Part shown: piece by piece, positions 58,573-64,000 of the stretch
Position numbering within the stretch: position 1 is the stretch's first letter
Layout of the letters: every line of letters begins with the position of its first letter
Assembly (NCBI GenBank): GCA_044224515.1
Contig: JBGAKH010000002.1
Coordinates: 355,817 to 419,816, forward strand
Direction: 5' to 3'
DNA length: 64,000 nucleotides
Source: Chlorobiota bacterium
Lineage (GTDB): Bacteria > Bacteroidota > Ignavibacteria > Kapaibacteriales > NICIL-2
Position numbers and translations under genes: made by a program
Notes under the pieces: generated by a model
The model's database searches: none
The model's input: the letters and a program-made list of their open reading frames with translations, nothing else
What the model was told of the DNA's origin: nothing

Positions 58573-58574
58573 GA

Positions 58575-59140
58575 CGAACGCCGGCTTCGCTGGCTTCGAC
58601 TTCGCTGGCTTCGGCTTCGCTCAGCCAGCGAGGAGTTAGAGTGGGATCTGCTTTACCGGCTGGCTTCGGCAAAGCAGATCACTGCCTGAGCGAAGCCGAA
58701 GCCAGTGTTGGCAAAGCAGATCACTGCCTGAGCGAAGCCGAAGCCAGCCGGCAAAGCAGATCGCTGGCTGAGCGAAGCCGAAGCCAGCCGGCAAAGCAGA
58801 TCGCTGGCTGAGCGCAGCCGAAGCCAGTCGGCAAAGCAGATCACTGCCTGAGCGCAGCCGAAGCCAGTCGGCAAAGCAGATCACTGCCTGAGCGCAGCCG
58901 AAGCCAGTGTTGGCAAAGCAGATCGCTGGCTGAGCGAAGCCGAAGCCAGTGTTGGCAAAGCAGATCGCTGGCTGAGCGCAGCCGAATCCAGCGTTGGCAA
59001 AGCAAATCACTGCCTGAGCGCAGCCGAATCCAGTGTTGGCAAAGCAGATCACTGCCTGAGCGAAGCCGAAGCCAGTGTTGGCAAAGCAGATCGCTGGCTG
59101 AGCGCAGCCGAAGCCAGCGTCGGCAAAGCAGATCGTTCAG
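58575..59140. repeat. Tandem array of 11 full units plus one partial 40-42 bp direct repeat, preceded by an inverted partial copy. Each unit can fold into a hairpin.
   Basis: Units start at 58668, 58710, 58750, 58790, 58830, 58870, 58912, 58954, 58996, 59038, 59080 and 59122 (partial). Consensus: GGCAAAGCAGATC[ACTGCC/GCTGGC]TGAGCG[A/C]AGCCGAA[G/T]CCAG[TGTT/CC/TC/CGTT]. 58580..58667 carries reverse-complement copies (CTTCGCTGGCTTCG x2; GCTCAGCCAGCGA). There are no unique spacers, and the 40-nt units break every reading frame. Confidence 0.85.
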
Positions 59141-59142
59141 CT

Positions 59143-60672
59143 TTACGGTCTCACATGCACTAGTGGAATGTCACTCGAAAACGTAGGAGACTGAATTGAC
59201 ACGACATACACACCGAACGGAAGTCCTGACAAGTCCACCATGAGATCATACCAATTCAGACCAAGAGAGCTTTGCCTGAACTGCACCTGATCTGAACCGA
59301 TTACCAGAGCCCTAGTTCCCACGATGTCATAGACTTCAACTCTTATGGAACTCAAATCAATTGTGTTTGCGATGAACGTTGTCACAGACACAGTAGTTGA
59401 TGACGGATTAGGAACCACCTTGCGCGGTTCGATAAGAGCGCTCTCCAGGCGATTGTGAACCGGAAGATCATCGCCGACCGGAACCATAGAGTCTGGCTTC
59501 ATTGTTAGGATTGCCGGCGTCGATCTGTAGGACCATGCACAAATCATTCCTTCACGAGAGTTCTTTATCAGTGACGTTGTAACATAGACGTAGGTAGAAT
59601 CGCGGTTGCCATCCTTGAAAAACGCTGGTTTTGAAACAATATAATTCCACGTCTTGCCTGAGTCAGCGGTTATTATGACTTGTCCTCGATAGAACTGAGC
59701 TATCAATTGGCCATCTTCAGTCAGGCTATTCTGGTAGATTTCTCCGTAGTCATCACCATAGGGTAAGACTGCAGCAGTTATCCACGAACGTCCACCGTCA
59801 GTTGTTCGATATATGACATTGTGAGAAGGATCGCTTGTATCGTTGTTCTTGCGAAAACCATGGGCAACTCCAATCGATGAATTGAAGAAGTAAGCGCCAT
59901 TGAACCGATCGTTGTGACTTGTATCAGAGTACACCCCGTCGATCGTAAAGCCTATTCGTGTCCAACTCTTTCCTTTGTCGGTTGTCAAGTAATTAGACGT
60001 TCCCCAGTCCAATGAAAATGGATAGTACTTTTGAACGAGGAAAGAGTTCGAATCAACAACCCACGCACGATATATGAAGTCTAGATCTTTAGGCGAGTTA
60101 GGAATCGTATCATGAACGTGTACCTGACGGAATGTCCTCCCGCCATCGAAAGTAGCCCACGTGATAAAAAGGTGATCTATGCTTGTTATACCTACTAAAG
60201 GTGCCACAGCCGAACTGAACAACACTCTATTGGCAGAGGGTAGCAGAGCTGTATCAAGTTTGTGCCACGTTACAGAGCCATCGTCAGAATAATAAAACCG
60301 CGTACGAACACCTCCCCAGAAATAGTGCAACGAGTCAAGCCTGCATGCACCATTGGTTACGACAGGATCAAATACCGGAACCAGCATCCTCCAATGCCTT
60401 CCGGTATCGTGACTACTAAAAATTTTTGGCTCAGATATTCCAGGTGGAAACGGTCCGTCGGATTTGCGTGTGTATTCAACTATCCCAAAGCCAATTATGG
60501 AGTCTGCGCTATAAACCATTTTCTGAAAGTTCACACCCGAGACCTTCCAATCCTTTGGAACCTGCTCCAGTTGAACAGGAAGCACCTGAGACCATACTGA
60601 TTCTTCGGCCAATGCTATGGAATTTGAGGCAAAAAGGCTAAGACAAGCCAGAGTGATCAACAAGTGCTTCAT
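59143..60672 (-). CDS. BNR/Asp-box repeat (sialidase/Ycf48-like beta-propeller) protein with T9SS C-terminal sorting domain
   Basis: Signal peptide MKHLLITLACLSLFASNSIALA. Asp-box repeats SxDxGxTW: SHDTGRHW, SDDGSVTW, TTDKGKSW, TTDGGRSW, SADSGKTW. The C-terminal ~90 aa are beta-rich and CTD-like (...FGVYVVSIQSPTF...). Confidence 0.65.
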   Translation of the reverse strand: MKHLLITLACLSLFASNSIALAEESVWSQVLPVQLEQVPKDWKVSGVNFQKMVYSADSIIGFGIVEYTRKSDGPFPPGISEPKIFSSHDTGRHWRMLVPVFDPVVTNGACRLDSLHYFWGGVRTRFYYSDDGSVTWHKLDTALLPSANRVLFSSAVAPLVGITSIDHLFITWATFDGGRTFRQVHVHDTIPNSPKDLDFIYRAWVVDSNSFLVQKYYPFSLDWGTSNYLTTDKGKSWTRIGFTIDGVYSDTSHNDRFNGAYFFNSSIGVAHGFRKNNDTSDPSHNVIYRTTDGGRSWITAAVLPYGDDYGEIYQNSLTEDGQLIAQFYRGQVIITADSGKTWNYIVSKPAFFKDGNRDSTYVYVTTSLIKNSREGMICAWSYRSTPAILTMKPDSMVPVGDDLPVHNRLESALIEPRKVVPNPSSTTVSVTTFIANTIDLSSIRVEVYDIVGTRALVIGSDQVQFRQSSLGLNWYDLMVDLSGLPFGVYVVSIQSPTFSSDIPLVHVRP

Positions 60673-60711
60673 GTTTTTGTGGTTTTGAGTGAATAGTTTA
60701 TAGTAAGCAGC

Positions 60712-61377
60712 TTACGGGCATTCTACAGGTCCGCATGGTATAGGAACATAAGTAAAGCCATTCCACCATTGGTAATTCCCCGTGCAAGAAACAGGACCAT
60801 TCGTTGCATAAGACGAATACTCATATCGGGGAGGATCCGGAACTGGACAGGTAGTCGATGGACAACACCACTTATAGTATCGTATGCAATTCACATCAGG
60901 ACCACATGAATAACTAGCGTAGACCTCCTCTTGACTTCCATTTGGAAGCGTTTGAAGTTGCTGTGTGTCGAAAAGTGCAGTAGCACACGCTACACTCGAC
61001 ATACTTGGGAGCAGATATCCAGTATAGGGATCCGGAATCGGACAGTTTGGTACAGACCAATTGAGTCCTCCAGACGCGAGATTGATTCGATCAATGCAAA
61101 TATTGAAAAACGTGCCTTCCATCAAGTCAAGAATAGCGCTCCGAGTGAGTCCTGGGCAGTTTGTCCAATAGTTTACTAGCGTTACAGATGGAGCATAGGA
61201 TCCACCTCCGGAGACCGTGCCGAGGCACAGTTCACAAATCACATAGCAACCTGGGTTCAGAGGTACAGGTAACCAGCCTGTTGTATAGGTAATTGATCCA
61301 GGTGGGCAAGCAGAGCGAACGCTGGTCGGCACCAACATCGCAAAAAACAGAAGGAAAACGAGCAGTGTAGCTCTCAT
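60712..61377 (-). CDS. Secreted cysteine-rich (about 20 Cys) Pro/Gly-rich hypothetical protein
   Basis: Signal peptide MRATLLVFLLFFAMLVPTSVRSA. Repeated CP.. motifs (CPPGS, NCPGL, NCPIPDP, CCPSTTCPVPDP, CGPVECP). Confidence 0.45.
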   Translation of the reverse strand: MRATLLVFLLFFAMLVPTSVRSACPPGSITYTTGWLPVPLNPGCYVICELCLGTVSGGGSYAPSVTLVNYWTNCPGLTRSAILDLMEGTFFNICIDRINLASGGLNWSVPNCPIPDPYTGYLLPSMSSVACATALFDTQQLQTLPNGSQEEVYASYSCGPDVNCIRYYKWCCPSTTCPVPDPPRYEYSSYATNGPVSCTGNYQWWNGFTYVPIPCGPVECP

Positions 61378-61468
61378 ACGTACTCCAATACTATGATGAA
61401 AAAATAGTATCGGGGGCTAGTTTGAATGATCCAACGTTTATACATTAACTATGAAGGTCTGGCATTCA

Positions 61469-61780
61469 TTACCACTGACAACAACTCATCTCACTGAAAT
61501 TCCGGTAGTACTGCATTATCACATCGACGCGACAGCGGGCTATCTTGCTTGCCACGTCGAGCGGAACCCGCGCCTCACAAAGCCTTGAAATGAAGGTCTT
61601 CCTGAACTCATGAAACGCTCTGTTCTTCTTTGGTATGCCTAAAACGAACATTGCTGCATCCAGCCGCTTGCGAAGCATTCTATAGGTCTCTCGCCGGCCG
61701 TCATAACTGAACATCTTACCGCTTTTCAATGCCGGCATGATGATCGCATCAGGATTCATACGCCTCTCATAGAAACTCAC
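61469..61780 (-). pseudogene. Truncated tyrosine recombinase (phage-type integrase): catalytic C-terminal fragment only
   Basis: Contains the HxxR (HEFRKTF) box, a second-Arg region (ARCRVDV) and the catalytic Tyr context IMQYY. It lacks the N-terminal core-binding domain and box I Arg. The upstream side is AT-rich with no ORF. Confidence 0.6.
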
Positions 61781-62870
61781 CTCGCCCTAACTTTTGTCAG
61801 CAAGAATCTGTTAAGTGCGAGTGTGCACGATGCGTTTTTGGACAAAATTAATTGCAGCAAATCGTCTCGCTATCTCCAAGTGCAAAGTTGTCGCCTTGCG
61901 TTTCGCAAGAAGGATATCTATACTGTAGCTACAACAGAACTCGAAATACACTCATACGTAGTTGGTATGGCTTATTCAACGAAAACATAATATTACTATG
62001 TCTGAATAGATTAAATGAGTGCGGTGTGGAGCGCACGCCTTCGTGTGTGGATGGAAGGCTTCGAGAATTTAAAACATGTAAATAGAAGGAAGAAGTAAAA
62101 TAATTATCGATTGCAAAATATATTTACCCTAGGATAGTAACGATTTGTTCATTATTAATTTGAGTCGAGATCACAAAGCTCCAGTGAACACGGTTTAAGG
62201 AGATCTAAGCAATAGCTACCACTTTCACTTTTATGTAAATAGTGAACGTACGCATCCTTGGGAGAGGTTTATGTAGCGTTGAATCAACAGAGAGTGCATA
62301 GTATTTCTATTGGCAAAGTGTCTCACAATAACCTCCATTGTGAGATAGCTTTAAATAGTAGGCAGGTTGAAATTGGGTAGTTTGAAAGTTCGAGCGTCTT
62401 TACGCGCCTCAATCAGTGGATTGCTCCCATATGGTTTGACAAAGACCGTGCTTGGTTATTAAAGGACTTAGCATAATTTTCAGCATGTACTTTGTGCACT
62501 AAACCAACCCTTAGCTCGAATTTAGTTCGCCGGAAAGCACAAAAGGTGTGTATATAATCTTGTAAAAATCCTGACCGTATCCATGGAAAAATATAGGTTA
62601 CATGCTCCCAATCCGGCTCCTTCGAGCTGAAGGCATTGTGCTAGCTGGTCTCAACTATTTGGGTATTATGATCCGGTAGTTTCATTCGCGCTCCCTTTTA
62701 CACTGCTCCACATGCTTCCGACACCATGTCTCGCTTATTCTGCCGTTAGGCCTCTGGTTATGCTAAGCTTGTTGTCATATAGTCATGCAACTGCATGTTA
62801 CCGATCCTTTACACTGACTACAGCCGCACTCTCATAGTTTTGCCTACATTCTGCACTATCAAACTCAATC
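61781..62870. other. About 1.1 kb AT-rich non-coding stretch (probable remnant or boundary of a horizontally acquired element)
   Basis: No ORF above 80 aa on either strand. GC is visibly lower than flanking DNA, with runs such as taaatagaaggaagaagtaaaataattatcgattgcaaaatatattta. Confidence 0.5.
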
Positions 62871-63287
62871 ATGAGAGTACTTTTCATTTGCATTCATAAC
62901 TCTGCTCGCAGTCAGATGGCTGAGGCGTTTGTTCGGGCTGAATCGGATGGTGCTATTGAGGTGGAGTCGGCGGGCTTGGAGGCCGGACGTTTGAATCCTT
63001 TGGTAGTGAAGGCAATGGCCGAGCTGGGTATCGATATCTCGCACCATCAGTGTACCACAGTTGATGAGATCTTGAAAAAGGGGGTTGTGTATACTCATGT
63101 GATTACGGTTTGCGATGAAAGCAGCGCTGAGCGCTGTCCGATGTTCCCCGGTACGAGTACACGTTTGCACTGGAGTTTCGCCGACCCATCGACGCTTGAG
63201 GGAAGTGATGAGGAAAAACTGGCGGCTATTCGTCCAATTCGTGACGATATTCGCCAACAAGTACGTGCATTTCTAGCCACATTGTGA
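62871..63287 (+). CDS. arsC: Arsenate reductase, LMW-PTPase family (thioredoxin-coupled)
   Basis: CX5R P-loop in VLFICIHNSARSQMAEAF, plus the downstream Cys pair (CDESSAERCP) used by the thioredoxin-coupled ArsC mechanism. Confidence 0.8.
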   Translation: MRVLFICIHNSARSQMAEAFVRAESDGAIEVESAGLEAGRLNPLVVKAMAELGIDISHHQCTTVDEILKKGVVYTHVITVCDESSAERCPMFPGTSTRLHWSFADPSTLEGSDEEKLAAIRPIRDDIRQQVRAFLATL

Positions 63288-63290
63288 TCC

Positions 63291-63950
63291 ATGAGTGAAC
63301 AGGGCAAAAAATTGATCGCCGAGTGCGTGGCAACCTTCTTTTTGGTCTTCTTTGGAACGGCTGCTATTGTTGTGGATCAGACCTATCATGGCGTCGTTGG
63401 ACACATAGGTGTATCCATCGTTTTCGGGTTGATCGTCACCATTATGATCTACAGCTTCGGAAGTGTTTCCGGAGCTCATATGAACCCTGCTGTCTCCATA
63501 GCCCTTTTTGTTATCAAACGCATTGAGCTCAAAACATGCCTCTCCTACATAGCCATGCAGGTTCTAGGTGCATTGATAGCTTCGCTTGCTATTAAGTCCA
63601 TGTTTCCCGCCAATGCCACTCTTGGTGCAACGCTTCCTTTAGGGGGCTATTGGCAAAGTGCTGTGCTGGAGTTTGTGATGAGCTTCCTGCTCATGCTCGT
63701 TATTCTGCGCGTTGCTGTGCGCACCCACACTTCAGTGCAGTTAGTCGGTGCGATAGTTGGCTCGGTTGTCTTGCTTGAAGCGCTGATGGGTGGACCTATC
63801 TCCGGAGCCTCTATGAATCCTGCACGAAGTTTGGGACCTGCTGTGCTTGCAGCAAATATTCAAGGACTCGAAATCTATCTGCTCGCTCCTACCCTCGGAA
63901 TGATTTTCGCAGCGAAGCTAGAGGAACTTCTGTTCGGACACCACGCTTGA
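63291..63950 (+). CDS. MIP-family channel (aquaglyceroporin, AqpS/GlpF-like) immediately downstream of arsC
   Basis: Two NPA boxes (HMNPAVSIALF and SMNPARSLGPA). Six TM. 4 bp from the arsC stop. Confidence 0.85.
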   Translation: MSEQGKKLIAECVATFFLVFFGTAAIVVDQTYHGVVGHIGVSIVFGLIVTIMIYSFGSVSGAHMNPAVSIALFVIKRIELKTCLSYIAMQVLGALIASLAIKSMFPANATLGATLPLGGYWQSAVLEFVMSFLLMLVILRVAVRTHTSVQLVGAIVGSVVLLEALMGGPISGASMNPARSLGPAVLAANIQGLEIYLLAPTLGMIFAAKLEELLFGHHA

Positions 63951-64000
63951 TACAAACCTCTGTTGCGATTCCGATGAGTCGGTGTTCCTATACCTGCCGT

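Noticed and set aside
58636-59052. 138-aa ORF on the minus strand and a 104-aa ORF on the plus strand (58497..58811) inside the repeat array
   Set aside because: Their 'proteins' are just the repeat read in one frame (ICFANTGFGCAQAV...). The frame is broken wherever 40-nt units occur, so this is most likely non-coding.
58575-59140. Possible CRISPR array
   Set aside because: Units are contiguous at a 40-42 bp period with no unique spacers. The whole unit is the repeat, so this is a tandem minisatellite-like array, not repeat-spacer architecture. No cas genes are nearby.
61852-62085. 77-aa ORF in the AT-rich stretch
   Set aside because: Low-complexity and AT-driven, with no motif and no plausible start context. 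It is treated as non-coding.

Overview
This 64 kb chromosomal segment (about 50% GC) most likely comes from an FCB-group bacterium (Bacteroidota, Chlorobi or Ignavibacteria-like). I infer this from at least three proteins with Por/T9SS C-terminal sorting domains and from a Bacteroidetes-style arginine cluster. That cluster runs GNAT acetyltransferase-argG-argC-argF'-argB-argE-argH, with ATGA start/stop overlaps.

Housekeeping genes present:
- enolase, thioredoxin, pterin-4a-carbinolamine dehydratase
- ClpC, FabF, oligoendopeptidase F, MraY
- bacterial PolX, PrsW, a fatty-acid desaturase, a TauE/SafE exporter
- tRNA-Val(TAC)

Accessory content:
- a C39-peptidase ABC exporter with no visible cognate peptide or HlyD partner
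- a glycosylation patch: GT2 with an Arg-rich N-terminal tail, an outer-membrane protein, and a Cys-decorated GT9
- an FkbM methyltransferase followed by tandem LamG-domain paralogues and a 1623-aa T9SS adhesin (Kelch propeller plus about 13 Cys-pair Ig-like repeats)
- an ECF sigma / anti-sigma pair
- a T9SS-secreted endonuclease I
- a likely decayed genomic island downstream of tRNA-Val (about 57.5-62.9 kb). It holds a multi-TM membrane protein and an array of 11-12 tandem 40-42 bp hairpin-forming repeats. It also holds a BNR-repeat T9SS protein and a 20-Cys secreted protein. A truncated tyrosine integrase lies next to about 1.1 kb of AT-rich non-coding DNA.
- an arsC-aquaglyceroporin pair at the window end

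Other notable items are an LspA-GrpB gene fusion and two paralogous ~470-aa proteins with an N-terminal HTH (putative regulators). An 800-bp structured convergent intergenic region is also worth a second look.

No CRISPR array or rRNA was seen. All calls rest on motif recognition by eye; no database searches were run. Start codons were refined by hand, because the ORF track extends to GTG/TTG.
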